DNA of 64,000 nt, from the NCBI GenBank assembly GCA_964438505.1, contig CAYTKN010000017.1:331-64330 (forward strand), written 5' to 3'. The notes under the pieces were generated by a model. The model worked only from the letters and a program-made list of their open reading frames with translations, was not told the origin of the DNA and made no database searches. Position numbers and translations under genes: made by a program. Below are positions 40,831-50,885 of this stretch, one piece after another. The DNA is from an uncultured Burkholderiales bacterium (GTDB lineage Bacteria > Actinomycetota > Acidimicrobiia > IMCC26256 > JACPCJ01). Position 1 is the first letter of the stretch; every line of letters begins with the position of its first letter.

Positions 40831-40836
40831 AGGTTA
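40831..40836 (-). promoter_or_regulatory. -10 box TAACCT built on the glmM stop codon; leaderless glmS promoter
   Basis: TAACCT-7 nt-ATG with no SD between. Confidence 0.6.
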
Positions 40837-42222
40837 CGGGTCCCCGGGACCCGACGCGTCGGCGAGCCGGTCGGCCAGGCGCCGGGCGCACTCCTGCGCT
40901 CGCTCCTCGGTGGGCGCCTCGACCATCACCCGCACCACGGGCTCGGTGCCCGACGGCCGCACCAGCACGCGCCCGTCCTCACCGAGCTCGGACTCGACCC
41001 GGGCGACGTCCTCCCAGAAGGAGCGGGCCCCGGCGAGCGAGTCGCGGTCCGCCACGCGCACGTTCACCAGGACCTGGGGGAGCTTGGTGACCACGGATGC
41101 CAGATCGGAGAGGCGCCGGCCGCTCCGGGTCATCACGTCGAGCAGGACCAGGCCGGTGAGCACCCCGTCGCCGGTCGTCGCGAGGTCGGCGAAGATCACG
41201 TGACCGGACTGCTCGCCGCCCAGCGAGTACCCGCCCGCGTCCATGGCGTCCAGGACGTGGCGGTCGCCGACCTTCGTCTCGACGACCCGGATGGAGGCAC
41301 CCTCCATCGCCTTCCTGAACCCGAGGTTGGCCATCACGGTGGTCACGACCGTGTCGTCGCGCAGCAGACCCCGATCCCGCAGGTCGAGCGCGGCGACGGC
41401 GATGATGTGGTCCCCGTCGACCAGCGAGCCCCCCTCGTCGACGGCGATCACCCGATCGGCGTCGCCGTCGAAGGCGAGGCCGACGTCGGCGGCCCGGTCG
41501 ACCACCGCCTCGCGCAGGGCGTCGGGATGCGTCGAGCCGCACGCCTCGTTGATGTTCCTGCCGTCGGGCTCGACCGCGATGGCCTCCACCTCCGCTCCGA
41601 GACGGCGGAGCACACGGGGTGCCGTCTCCCAGGCGGCGCCGTTGGCGCAGTCGACGACGACGCGGAGCCCGTCCAGCGTGCGCCCCGCGAGCACAGTGGC
41701 GAGATGGTCCAGGTAGTCGCGGTCGGCCCGCTCGGAGCGGTCCACGACGCCCGGGGTCCCCGGGTTTCCCGGGTTCCCCGCACGCTGCGGTGCAGCCGGT
41801 GCGCCGGAACCGGCCTCGAGGGTCGCCATCTCCTCCTCGATCCGCCGCTCCAGCTCGTCGGGGAGCTTCCGGCCCCCGGCCGCGAAGAGCTTGATCCCGT
41901 TGTCGGAGAACGGATTGTGGCTGGCCGAGATCATGGCAGCGGGGAGCTCCCGGGCCTGCGAGAGGTACGCGAGCCCCGGTGTGGGCAGCACCCCCACCGA
42001 CTCGGCGACCGCGCCCTCGGCCACGAGACCGGCGCCGAGCGCGTCCTCGATCTCCGGGCCCGATTGCCGGGTGTCGCGCCCGATCAGGAACGGGCGCTCC
42101 GAGCCGACCACACGGGCGGTCGCCCGGCCCAGCAAGGCGACGGTCTCGGCGGTCAGGTCCTCGCCGGAGACGCCGCGCACGCCGTCGGTGCCGAACCGCA
42201 GCAGGGAACGAGGACGGGTCAC
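40834..42222 (-). CDS. glmM: Phosphoglucosamine mutase
   Basis: FGTDGVRG, ISASHNP, FDGDADR, GGEQSGH, RPSGTEP. Confidence 0.97.
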   Translation of the reverse strand: MTRPRSLLRFGTDGVRGVSGEDLTAETVALLGRATARVVGSERPFLIGRDTRQSGPEIEDALGAGLVAEGAVAESVGVLPTPGLAYLSQARELPAAMISASHNPFSDNGIKLFAAGGRKLPDELERRIEEEMATLEAGSGAPAAPQRAGNPGNPGTPGVVDRSERADRDYLDHLATVLAGRTLDGLRVVVDCANGAAWETAPRVLRRLGAEVEAIAVEPDGRNINEACGSTHPDALREAVVDRAADVGLAFDGDADRVIAVDEGGSLVDGDHIIAVAALDLRDRGLLRDDTVVTTVMANLGFRKAMEGASIRVVETKVGDRHVLDAMDAGGYSLGGEQSGHVIFADLATTGDGVLTGLVLLDVMTRSGRRLSDLASVVTKLPQVLVNVRVADRDSLAGARSFWEDVARVESELGEDGRVLVRPSGTEPVVRVMVEAPTEERAQECARRLADRLADASGPGDP

Positions 42223-42285
42223 GTCAGCGCAGGTCCTCGGGCCGGAGGGCCGGCTGTCCGGTGGTTCCGACGAGCCGGGTGCCCA

Positions 42286-42313
42286 CGCCGGGCGCGGCGA
42301 CGTGTGCCCGGCG
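42286..42313 (-). terminator. Hairpin after rpsI
   Basis: CGCCGGGCGCG...TGTGCCCGGCG on the + strand, about 27 nt past the stop. Confidence 0.5.
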
Positions 42314-42340
42314 CGCCATCGTCATCTCCTCGGCAGGCTC

Positions 42341-42733
42341 CTACCGCTTCGAGTACTGCGGCGCCTTGCGAGCCTTCTTGAGGCCGTACTTGCGACGCTC
42401 CTTCTCACGGGGGTCCCGCGTCAGGAGACCCTCCCGCTTGAGCGCGACCCGCTGCTCCTCGTCGAGACCGACGATCGCCCTCGCGATCCCGAGGCGGACC
42501 GCGCCGGCCTGCCCGCTGACACCGCCGCCGCGGACGGAGATGTCGACGTCGTACACCTCGGCGGTCTGGCTCACGCGCAGCGCGTCGGTGACCACTCCCC
42601 GGTCCAACTCGGAGGGGAAGTACCGCTCGAACGGCTCGCCGTTGACGACGATCGCCCCGCTGCCCGGCCGCAGCCGCACTCGGGCCACGGCGTTCTTGCG
42701 CCGACCGGTCGTCTGGATCAGAGGTTTGGGCAC
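42341..42733 (-). CDS. rpsI: 30S ribosomal protein S9
   Basis: [40 protein letters not shown]. Confidence 0.98.
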   Translation of the reverse strand: MPKPLIQTTGRRKNAVARVRLRPGSGAIVVNGEPFERYFPSELDRGVVTDALRVSQTAEVYDVDISVRGGGVSGQAGAVRLGIARAIVGLDEEQRVALKREGLLTRDPREKERRKYGLKKARKAPQYSKR

Positions 42734-42759
42734 GAGATCGTCCTTTCCTGAGCCCGGCT

Positions 42760-43212
42760 TCAGCTCGCGGCGCGCCGGGCGCCACGCACCTCGCGGGGCA
42801 CCGGGTCCTGGCCCGCGTGCGGGTGCTCGCTCCCCGCGTAGACGTGGAGCTTCTTGAGCATCTTCCGGCCGAGACGGTTCTTGGGCAGCATCCCGCGCAC
42901 CGCCGTGTGCACCACGCGCTCGGGGTAGCGGTCGATCATCTCGCCGAGGCTCAGGTCGCGGATCCCACCCGGGTAGCCGGAGTGCCGCCAGTATCGCTTG
43001 TCCTCGCGCTTGGTGCCCGACACGTCGACCTTGGACGCGTTCACGATCACGACGTGGTCGCCGCAATCCACGTTCGGGGCGAAGATCGGCTTGTGCTTGC
43101 CGCGCAGGAGCTGCGCGGCCTCGCTCGCCAGGCGACCGAGGACGACGCCCTCGGCGTCGAGGACGTGCCAGGCGCGCCGGATGTCGTCGGGCTTCGGGTG
43201 GAACGTGCCCAC
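42760..43212 (-). CDS. rplM: 50S ribosomal protein L13
   Basis: WHVLDA..LGRLAS, GKHKP..PNVDCGD, GMLPKN, HPHAGQ. Confidence 0.98.
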   Translation of the reverse strand: MGTFHPKPDDIRRAWHVLDAEGVVLGRLASEAAQLLRGKHKPIFAPNVDCGDHVVIVNASKVDVSGTKREDKRYWRHSGYPGGIRDLSLGEMIDRYPERVVHTAVRGMLPKNRLGRKMLKKLHVYAGSEHPHAGQDPVPREVRGARRAAS

Positions 43213-43378
43213 GAGGGCTCCTCGTTGATCGGGCCGGTGTGAGGCGACCGGCGCGACGCTCGAGAGAGCGACGTGCCGGAACGGAGCCAGGTTACCGGGA
43301 AGGGCGCCCGACCGCCAACGCTGGCCGCCGCGCCGAGACCTCCGGAGACCGGACGACGCTCCGACTCACAACAGCCTC

Positions 43379-43594
43379 TCAGTCGAGGCGGCGGACCGTG
43401 CGGCCCGGCGCCCCGTGCTCGTGGAACACGTCCTCGAGGTGAACGGGAAGGTCCGCTTCGGCGAGCTCGGAGGGCAGCGGGACGTCCGGAGCCGGGCGAC
43501 GCGTGCCCTCGTCGCCCACGAACCACGCCGTCCAGGCGCCGTCTCGGTACTCGAGATCGATCCGGAACCGCCCGTAGACGTCGAAGCGCGGCAT
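43379..43594 (-). CDS. Small hypothetical protein (71 aa)
   Basis: MPRFDVYGRF..GDEGTRR..LEDVFHEH; GGAGG RBS; GC3-rich codons. Confidence 0.75.
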   Translation of the reverse strand: MPRFDVYGRFRIDLEYRDGAWTAWFVGDEGTRRPAPDVPLPSELAEADLPVHLEDVFHEHGAPGRTVRRLD

Positions 43595-43679
43595 CGTCCC
43601 TCCTGTCCTTCGTCCCCTCGACGGTCCGACAACGGGCGCCGGACCACCGGGATGCGCACGAGCCTCCTATGGTGGCGCG

Positions 43680-44927
43680 GTGGTCGTGCCCGATGCCGCC
43701 GGATCCGATCTCGTCACCCCGACCCAGATCGAGGAGGCGCGGCGTCGCATGGCCGCCGTGATCCGTCCCACCGGGATCGACCGCTCCGACTCCCTCACCC
43801 GGCTGGTCGGCCGCCCGGTGCTGCTCAAGCAGGAGCACCTCCAACGCACGGGCTCCTTCAAGATCCGGGGCGCCTACAACCACATCGTGCGCCTGGCTCC
43901 GGAGGTCCGCGAGCGGGGCGTCGTCGCCGCCAGCGCCGGGAACCACGCGCAGGGGGTCGCGCTGGCGGCGGACCTCCTGGGGGTGCGGGCGACGATCTTC
44001 ATGCCGGAGACCGCGCCGCTGCCGAAGGTGGACGCCACCCGCGGGTACGGAGCCGAGGTGCGCCTCGTCGGCTCCGTCGTCGACGACACCCTCGACGCGG
44101 CCCGATCGTTCGCCGACGAGCGGGGAGCGAGCTTCGTCGCCCCGTTCGACGACATCGACGTCATCGCCGGGCAGGGCACCCTCGGCCTCGAGCTCGTCGA
44201 GCAGGCGACCGGCGCGGAGACCTTCGTCGTGCCCGTCGGCGGGGGCGGCCTCGTCGCCGGACTCGCCGCGGCCCTCAAGGCGAGGCGACCCGGCGTGAGG
44301 GTCGTGGGCGTCGAGGCGGCGGGGGCGGCGGCGATGACCGAGGCGCTGGTCGCCCGCCGACCGGTCCGGCTGTCCCGCCTCGACACGATGGCGGACGGCA
44401 TCGCCGTGGGCACCGTCTCCGATCTCACCCTCGACCACACCCGGGCCTTCGTCGACGACGTGGCGACCGTCAGCGAGGAGCAGATCTCGACCGCCTTGTT
44501 GCTCCTCATGGAGCGGGCGAAGGCGGTCGTCGAGCCCGCCGGCGCCGTCGGCCTGGCCGCGGTGCTCGCCGACAAGGTCGGCGGCCCACCCGGTGCCCCG
44601 GTGTGCGTCGTGCTCAGCGGCGGCAACATCGACCCGCTCTTGCTGATGCGGGTGATCCAGCACGGCCTCGTGGCCTCCGGCCGGTACCTGGTCCTCCGCC
44701 TCGTCCTCGAGGACCGGCCGGGCCGGCTCAGCGAGCTGCTGGGGCGCCTCGCGGCCGAGGGCCTCAACGTCATCGGAGTGGACCACCACCGCGAGGGACC
44801 GCACCTGTCGTTGCACGAGGTGGAGATCCGCCTCACCCTCGAGACCCGCGACCCCGAGCACCGCGACGAGGTGGTCGAGTCGCTGCGAGAGGCCGGCTAC
44901 CGGGTGGAGTCCGCGGGGTTAGGGTGA
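43680..44927 (+). CDS. ilvA: Threonine ammonia-lyase with a single C-terminal ACT domain
   Basis: KQEHLQRTGSFKIRGA, ASAGNHAQG, PVGGGGL, SGGNID, EDRPGRL; TATGGT -10 box 6 nt before GTG. Confidence 0.93.
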   Translation: MVVPDAAGSDLVTPTQIEEARRRMAAVIRPTGIDRSDSLTRLVGRPVLLKQEHLQRTGSFKIRGAYNHIVRLAPEVRERGVVAASAGNHAQGVALAADLLGVRATIFMPETAPLPKVDATRGYGAEVRLVGSVVDDTLDAARSFADERGASFVAPFDDIDVIAGQGTLGLELVEQATGAETFVVPVGGGGLVAGLAAALKARRPGVRVVGVEAAGAAAMTEALVARRPVRLSRLDTMADGIAVGTVSDLTLDHTRAFVDDVATVSEEQISTALLLLMERAKAVVEPAGAVGLAAVLADKVGGPPGAPVCVVLSGGNIDPLLLMRVIQHGLVASGRYLVLRLVLEDRPGRLSELLGRLAAEGLNVIGVDHHREGPHLSLHEVEIRLTLETRDPEHRDEVVESLREAGYRVESAGLG

Positions 44928-44977
44928 GCCCTCCGGAGACCGGACGCAGAGGACGACACGACGTGAGAGGGGCGCCG

Positions 44978-45706
44978 ATGAGCACACCATCGAGATCGAC
45001 CGGTCCACGCCGGGACCTGTTCCTCGTCGTCCTCGGCTTCGTCCTCGGCGCGGGGGTGGCGAGCGGCGCGTTCCTCGTGGCCGACGACGACACCGGAGGG
45101 GGCGACACCCCTGCGGCGAGCGGGGGCGGTGCGAGCGAGACGACGGTCTCGACGGTCGACCCCGCCGACACCGATTTCGGCGAGCTCACCGAGGAGTCGG
45201 AGGCCTCGGGGGTGCGCGTGCGGTGGAGCGCCGAGCTCCTCGAGGGCGACGACGCCGCGACCGTCGACTTCGTGACGGCCCACCGCGACGGGACCTTCGT
45301 CCTCGTGCACGACGACACCCGGATCGTCGAGGAGGGCGACCGGGTGGTCGTGTGCGACGCCTCGTGCGCCGAGTCGAGCCCGGAGGAGGCGGCCTCCCGC
45401 CTGCCCGGCACGCTGCGTCCCTTCTACCGGGTGCTGCGCATCTCGGTGGAGGCATCCGAGGCCCCCGAGTACCGGATCACGGGGGAGACCGAGCTGTCCA
45501 ACGGCATCTTCCAGCGCTGCGGCGGCTACGAGCCCTCCGCGTTCGGCCTGGACCTGCCCGGCGAGGTCCAGCGCGTGACCCAGTGCCTCGACGTCGAGCG
45601 CGGCGTGCCGCTCGTCGTCGACATCGTGGGGGAGCAGCGCTCGGTCGGCACCGCCTCGCTCACCGCCATCGCCGACGCCGAGGCCGGCGACTTCGAGACG
45701 TCGTGA
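44978..45706 (+). CDS. Membrane-anchored exported protein, possible LolA/LppX-like fold
   Basis: N-terminal TM helix, Gly/Thr linker, four Cys, terminal QCLDVERGVPLVV. Confidence 0.7.
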   Translation: MSTPSRSTGPRRDLFLVVLGFVLGAGVASGAFLVADDDTGGGDTPAASGGGASETTVSTVDPADTDFGELTEESEASGVRVRWSAELLEGDDAATVDFVTAHRDGTFVLVHDDTRIVEEGDRVVVCDASCAESSPEEAASRLPGTLRPFYRVLRISVEASEAPEYRITGETELSNGIFQRCGGYEPSAFGLDLPGEVQRVTQCLDVERGVPLVVDIVGEQRSVGTASLTAIADAEAGDFETS

Positions 45707-45728
45707 GCACGCGGCCGCGCCCGCGCGG

Positions 45729-46532
45729 CTACGCCTCGTAGCCGACCCGCCAGAGGCAGAGGCCGTGCGGGGGCGCCACCTGGCCGGCGGCCCCGCGGTC
45801 GCGGGCCGCCAGCACCGCCATGAGCTCCCCCGGTCGGATGCGACCGAGGCCGGCGTCCACCATGGTGCCCACGAGCGAGCGGACCATCTGCCAGCAGAAC
45901 GCCCGGGCCCGCACCTCGTAGCGGAGGACGCCGTCACCCAGGTCGCTCCAGTGGGAAGCCAGGACGGTGCGGACCGTCGTGGACCCCTGCGGACCCTTGC
46001 GGCAGAAGGACGCGAAGTCGTGCTCCCCCACGAACGGGTCGGCCGCGAGCCGCAACGCCGGCAGGTCGAGGCGCGGTCGCACCCACCACCCGTACCGGGC
46101 CAGGAACGGATCGGGCTCGGGTCGGTTCACGATCGTGTAGCGGTACTCACGCCAGGTGGCCGAGTGCCGGGCGTCAAAGCCCGGAGGGAGCAGCTCGCTC
46201 TCGCGCACCACGATCTCGGGTGCGAGGAGGGAGTTGAGGGAGCTCTTCAGCCGCCAGGGATCGACACCCGGGTCGGCCTCCAGGCTCACCACCTGCCCCC
46301 AGGCGTGGACACCGGCGTCGGTGCGGCCGGCGCAGGTGAGCTCCACGTCGTGACGCAGGACCTTCTCCAGCGCGCCCGCCAGCGCCCCCTCGACCGTCCG
46401 GACGTCGGGCTGGCGCGCGAACCCGTGGAAGCCCGTGCCGTCGTAGGCGACGGTCAGCACCAACCTGGCGGGCCCGCCCGTGGCCGCGCCCTCGAAGAGG
46501 GTCGCGGGCGCCTCGCCGCCGCCCTCGGGCAT
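45729..46532 (-). CDS. truA: tRNA pseudouridine(38-40) synthase
   Basis: AYDGTGFHG, AGRTDAGVHAWGQ, FDARHSA, HDFASF, FCWQMVR. Confidence 0.97.
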   Translation of the reverse strand: MPEGGGEAPATLFEGAATGGPARLVLTVAYDGTGFHGFARQPDVRTVEGALAGALEKVLRHDVELTCAGRTDAGVHAWGQVVSLEADPGVDPWRLKSSLNSLLAPEIVVRESELLPPGFDARHSATWREYRYTIVNRPEPDPFLARYGWWVRPRLDLPALRLAADPFVGEHDFASFCRKGPQGSTTVRTVLASHWSDLGDGVLRYEVRARAFCWQMVRSLVGTMVDAGLGRIRPGELMAVLAARDRGAAGQVAPPHGLCLWRVGYEA

Positions 46533-46542
46533 GGCCGTCGGG

Positions 46543-46896
46543 CTACTCGACGAACTCGATCCTCGCCATCGGTGCCCCGTCACCGTGGCGCGGCCCGAGC
46601 TTCAGGATGCGCAGGTACCCGCCGTCGCGATCCTCGAAGCGGGGGGCGATCTCCTGGAACAGCTTGGAGACCATCTCCTTGTCCTTGAGCTTGGCGACGA
46701 CCTGCCGCTGCTCGTGCACGCCACCCTGCTTGGCCTTGGTGATCAGCTTCTCCGTGTAGGGCCTGAGGCGCTTCGCCTTGGCCTCCGTCGTGGTGATCGC
46801 CTCGGAGGCGATGAGGTGCGCGGCCATGTTGGCGAGCATGAGCCGCTGGTGGCCCGGCTTCTTCCCCAGTCGGGGACCCTTGGTCGGCTTCGGCAT
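46543..46896 (-). CDS. rplQ: 50S ribosomal protein L17
   Basis: ITTTEAKAK, GGYLRILK, DGAPMARIE. Confidence 0.97.
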   Translation of the reverse strand: MPKPTKGPRLGKKPGHQRLMLANMAAHLIASEAITTTEAKAKRLRPYTEKLITKAKQGGVHEQRQVVAKLKDKEMVSKLFQEIAPRFEDRDGGYLRILKLGPRHGDGAPMARIEFVE

Positions 46897-46933
46897 CGCG
46901 CGCTCCTTGGTGCGGTCCTCGGTCGATGCGCGG

Positions 46934-47872
46934 TCAGTCGCGCACCGCGAGCGAGAGGCCCCGCTCGTCGAGCTTCTCGAGGACCTCCTCCAACGACTTC
47001 ATCCCGAAGTTCGTGATGGCGAGGAGGTCGTCCTCGGTCTTCCCCACGAGCTGGCCGATGGTGTCGACCTGGGCCCGCTTGAGGCAGTTGCGGGGACGCT
47101 CCGAGAGGTCGAGCACCTCGATCCCGAGGTCCAGGTCGGGGGAGCTCGACGCCATCGCGGCGGTGTCGCCCAGCTCGAGGCCCCGCGGCTCCTCGGCCAG
47201 CTCGGAGATCAGCCCCATCAGGCCGCGCAGGGTGTCACCGGCCGACGCCAGCGCCTCGCGGGGCGAGATCGACCCGTCGGTCTCGATCTCGAGGATGAGC
47301 TTGTCGAAGTTGGTGGCCTGCTCGACGCGGGTGGGCTCGACCTTGTAGCTCACGCGGCGGATCGGCGAGAAGATGGCGTCGACGGGGATCACGCCGATGG
47401 TCTGGGAGCGCCGGCTGGTGTCGGCGGGCAGATAGCCCCGGCCCTGCTCGACGGTGAGGTCGAGGGCGAGGTGCCCCTTGGTGTTGAGCGAGGCGATGAG
47501 CAGGTCGGTGTTGAGGATCTCGACGTCCGCGCTCGTCTGGATGTCGCCCGCGGTGACCTCCGCGGGGCCCTTCTTGTCGAGGCGGAGCGTCACCGGCTCC
47601 TCGCTCTCGCACCGCAGCACCAGATCCTTGAGGTTGAGGAGGATCTCGGTGACGTCGTGCTTGACCCCCTCGATGGTGTCGAACTCGTGGAGCGCGTCGT
47701 CGAACTTCACCGTGGTGACCGCCGCGCCCGGGATCGAGGAGAGCAACGTGCGGCGCATCGAGTTGCCCAACGTGTGGCCGAAGCCCGGCTCGAGGGGCGA
47801 GATGGCGAACTGCTGCCGGTTGTCCACCTCCTCGTCCAGGACTTCGACGGTCGGGCGCTGGATGATCAACAT
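46934..47872 (-). CDS. rpoA: RNA polymerase alpha subunit
   Basis: [49 protein letters not shown]. Confidence 0.98.
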   Translation of the reverse strand: MLIIQRPTVEVLDEEVDNRQQFAISPLEPGFGHTLGNSMRRTLLSSIPGAAVTTVKFDDALHEFDTIEGVKHDVTEILLNLKDLVLRCESEEPVTLRLDKKGPAEVTAGDIQTSADVEILNTDLLIASLNTKGHLALDLTVEQGRGYLPADTSRRSQTIGVIPVDAIFSPIRRVSYKVEPTRVEQATNFDKLILEIETDGSISPREALASAGDTLRGLMGLISELAEEPRGLELGDTAAMASSSPDLDLGIEVLDLSERPRNCLKRAQVDTIGQLVGKTEDDLLAITNFGMKSLEEVLEKLDERGLSLAVRD

Positions 47873-47900
47873 GGTGCGTTCACCTCTGGTGGGTCTGTCT

Positions 47901-47959
47901 CCGCTCTGTGGGGCCGCTCGGGCCCTGTGCTCTCCCGCTCTGTGGGGCCGCTCGGGCCC
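47901..47959. repeat. 25-bp direct repeat x2 in the rpsD-rpoA spacer
   Basis: CCGCTCTGTGGGGCCGCTCGGGCCC at 47901 and 47935. Confidence 0.9.
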
Positions 47960-48065
47960 CGGGTCCTGCTGTCCGGGTTGTCCGGGCCGGGCGGCCAGGA
48001 CGGGCCGTCCGGACGTGGCCCGACCGGTGGTCGGGTGCCGGACGCGTCGTCCGTGCCCGGCCTGC

Positions 48066-48689
48066 CTACTTCGAGTACAGCTCGACGATGAGTTGCTCCC
48101 GCACCGGTACGTCGATGTGGACCCGCAAGGGGACGTCCCGGACCACGGCCCGCTTGTTCGAAGCGTCGGCCTCCAGCCAGGGCGGCGGGTCGCGGTCGAT
48201 GGTGTCGAGGTTGTGCCGCAGCACGATCATGTCGCGCGACTTCGGCACGACCTCCACGACGTCGCCCGGCTTCAACCGATAGCTCGGGATCGTGACCCGA
48301 TCGCCGTTGACCTGGACGTGGCCGTGCCGGACGAACTGGCGCGCCTGGCTCCGGCTCGCGCCGAAGTTGGCCCGGTAGACGACGTTGTCGAGCCGCTGCT
48401 CGAGCATCTGGAGCAGGTTCTCGCCTGTGATCCCCGACTGCGCGGCCGCCTCCTCGTAGAGGTTGTGGAACTGGCGCTCGAGGACGCCGTAGATCCGCCG
48501 GGCCTTCTGCTTCTCCCGGAGCTGGAGCAGGTACTCGGACTCCCGGACCCTCCCCCGACCGGATCCACCCGGCGGGTAGGGGCGGCGCTCCACCGGGCAC
48601 TTCATGGAGTCGCACTTCGGGCCCTTCAGGAAGAGCTTCATCTTCTCCCGCCGGCACAACCGGCAGACGGGACCGGTGTATCGAGCCAT
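48066..48689 (-). CDS. rpsD: 30S ribosomal protein S4, Zn-binding form
   Basis: [43 protein letters not shown]. Confidence 0.98.
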   Translation of the reverse strand: MARYTGPVCRLCRREKMKLFLKGPKCDSMKCPVERRPYPPGGSGRGRVRESEYLLQLREKQKARRIYGVLERQFHNLYEEAAAQSGITGENLLQMLEQRLDNVVYRANFGASRSQARQFVRHGHVQVNGDRVTIPSYRLKPGDVVEVVPKSRDMIVLRHNLDTIDRDPPPWLEADASNKRAVVRDVPLRVHIDVPVREQLIVELYSK

Positions 48690-48692
48690 GGT

Positions 48693-49091
48693 TCAGACCC
48701 TCCGCCGCTTCTTCGGCCGGCACCCGTTGTGGGGCACCGGCGTGACGTCCTTGATCGATCCGACCTCGATGCCGGAGTTCTGGAGGGAGCGGATGGCGGT
48801 CTCGCGCCCCGACCCGGGACCCTTGACCTCCACGTCGACCCTGCGGACTCCGTGCTCGCTGGCGCGCTTGGCTGCCGTCTCGGCCGCCATCTGCGCGGCG
48901 AACGGGGTCGACTTCCGGGAGCCCTTGAAGCCGACGTTGCCGGCCGAGGCCCACGCCAGCACGTTGCCGTCGGTGTCGGTGATGGTGACGATCGTGTTGT
49001 TGAACGACGACTTGATGTGGGCGATCGCGTTGGGGACGTTCTTACGATCACGCCGGCGGGGCCGCCGCCCCCCTGCTGCCGGTTTCGCCAT
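48693..49091 (-). CDS. rpsK: 30S ribosomal protein S11
   Basis: [32 protein letters not shown]. Confidence 0.98.
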   Translation of the reverse strand: MAKPAAGGRRPRRRDRKNVPNAIAHIKSSFNNTIVTITDTDGNVLAWASAGNVGFKGSRKSTPFAAQMAAETAAKRASEHGVRRVDVEVKGPGSGRETAIRSLQNSGIEVGSIKDVTPVPHNGCRPKKRRRV

Positions 49092-49303
49092 GTTCTCCTC
49101 CCGGCGACCCTGAGCCGCCTGTCTGTCGCCTCGTCTGCCGTCCGGTCCGTGAGGCCCCGACACCGCTGCGGCCGGGACGCTCCCCGCACACCGCCGCGGT
49201 CCGGCTGCTGTTCGCCTGTCGTGCCCGGACCGTGCGCTCGCCGGTCGAGCCCCGGTCCCTCGGTACCCGACCCTCGGCGCCTGCCGGTGCCCGTCGGTGC
49301 CCG

Positions 49304-49684
49304 TCAGTGCTTGCGTGCCTGCTTCCTGCCCGCGACCGTCTTCTTCGGGCCCTTGCGGGTGCGGGCGTTGGTCTGCGTGCGCTGCCCGTTGACGGGCAGT
49401 CCCCGTCGGTGCCTGACGCCCTGGTAGGCGCCGATCTCCATCTTGCGCTTGATGTTCTGGGAGATCTCCCGCCGCAGGTCTCCCTCCACCTTCAGCTCGC
49501 TGTCGATGTGGTTCCTGAGACGGGCCACCTCGTCGTCGGTGAGGTCGTAGACGCGTGCGTCGGGATCGACGCCGGTCGCCTCGCAAGCCCGGACAGCCTG
49601 AGAGGGGCCCACGCCGAAGATGTAGGTGAGCGCCACCGCGGAGCGCTTCTCCCTCGGAAGGTCGACGCCTGCGATCCGTGCCAT
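49304..49684 (-). CDS. rpsM: 30S ribosomal protein S13
   Basis: [32 protein letters not shown]. Confidence 0.98.
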   Translation of the reverse strand: MARIAGVDLPREKRSAVALTYIFGVGPSQAVRACEATGVDPDARVYDLTDDEVARLRNHIDSELKVEGDLRREISQNIKRKMEIGAYQGVRHRRGLPVNGQRTQTNARTRKGPKKTVAGRKQARKH

Positions 49685-49699
49685 TCGCTCGTGTCCTCC

Positions 49700-49813
49700 T
49701 CAGCCCTGACGCTGCTTGTGACGGGGGTTGTCGCAGATGACCATGACGTTGCGCTGCCGGCGAACGATCCGGCACTTCTCGCACATCCTCTTGACGCTGG
49801 GGCGAACCTTCAT
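49700..49813 (-). CDS. rpmJ: 50S ribosomal protein L36 (not in the ORF track)
   Basis: Hand translation [37 protein letters not shown]. Confidence 0.97.
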   Translation of the reverse strand: MKVRPSVKRMCEKCRIVRRQRNVMVICDNPRHKQRQG

Positions 49814-49844
49814 GGTGGGACCTCGGAGCCGGAGCTGGTCGCGG

Positions 49845-50066
49845 CTACTTGTAGCGGTAGGTGATCCGACCCCGGCTCAGGTCGTAGGGCGTGAGCTCCA
49901 CCTGGACGCGATCACCGGGAAGGATGCGGATGTAGTGCATCCGCATCTTGCCCGAGATGTGCGCGAGGACCTCGTGACCGTTGTCGAGCTCGACGCGGAA
50001 CTGCGCGTTCGGCAGCGCCTCGCTCACGGTGCCCTCGACCAGGATCGCGTCCTTCTGCTTCGCCAG
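49845..50066 (-). CDS. infA: Translation initiation factor IF-1, probable CTG start
   Basis: [44 protein letters not shown]. Confidence 0.97.
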   Translation of the reverse strand: MAKQKDAILVEGTVSEALPNAQFRVELDNGHEVLAHISGKMRMHYIRILPGDRVQVELTPYDLSRGRITYRYK

Positions 50067-50206
50067 GGGTCTCCACTCCTTGCGCTTCGAACGGGGGTAG
50101 TCTCGGGGCGCCCTCGGGCGCGCCGAGCGCGCGCGAGGCCGCGCGCGAACCAAGAGGTCAGGCTACACGGTTCGTCGGCAGGATCCCAACGCGGGCTTCG
50201 AACGGG

Positions 50207-50875
50207 TCACGGAGCGCGGGTGACCAGGACCGGGTGGTCGGGATCGTTGTTCACGAACCTCACGTCAGCACGCTCGTCGGGTCGCACCTCCTCCAGGTAC
50301 CGGCGCTGCGCCGGCATGTACCGCTCCCGGTAGCGACGGTCGATCTCCGGACCGAAGGTGCCCCGATCGCGCGCCACCGCTCGCGCCCGGGCCGTCTCGA
50401 GCGTGGTCTCGACCCACACCCGGAAGTCCCACTCGCGGTCCAGGCCGGGACGCTGGAGGAACACGCCGTCGACCACCAGCACCACCCGGCGCTCCGCCCG
50501 CCGGGGCACCTGCTCGACGTCGCGCTCGGCACCGACGTCGTAGATCGCGGTCCGGTAGCGACGATCGCCTCCGGGCCCGAGCGGGCCCAGCAGCACCCGC
50601 CGCATGGTCTCGAAGTCGAACGCGTCCTCGAAGTAGCCGTCCGGAGACCGGCGACCCTGCCGGTACCGCTCGTCCGGGGGACGGTGGAACCCCTCCGCCG
50701 ACGCCCGCACGCACGGTCGTCCCCGCGCCCGCAGGGCCCGCCCGAGGTCGTCGCCGAGGGTCGTCTTCCCCGACCCGTCGACGCCGTCGAGGGCGACGCG
50801 CACCGGGTGGGCACGCTCGAGGGCCACGATCATCTCCGCCAGCCGACCGACCGCGGCGGCCCGATCCGGGTTCAC
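50207..50875 (-). CDS. Uridine-kinase-like P-loop NTPase
   Basis: VALDGVDGSGKTT, EGFHRP, VDGVFL, RYRERYMPAQRRYL. Confidence 0.85.
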   Translation of the reverse strand: MNPDRAAAVGRLAEMIVALERAHPVRVALDGVDGSGKTTLGDDLGRALRARGRPCVRASAEGFHRPPDERYRQGRRSPDGYFEDAFDFETMRRVLLGPLGPGGDRRYRTAIYDVGAERDVEQVPRRAERRVVLVVDGVFLQRPGLDREWDFRVWVETTLETARARAVARDRGTFGPEIDRRYRERYMPAQRRYLEEVRPDERADVRFVNNDPDHPVLVTRAP

Positions 50876-50885
50876 CAGGCGGACC

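Noticed and set aside
40824-40833. glmS ribozyme
   Set aside because: The intergenic gap is only 10 nt
48693-49784. Extended rpsK or frameshift fusion with rpsM
   Set aside because: rpsM has a normal stop, rpsK has its own GGAGGAG RBS, and the extension is not protein-like
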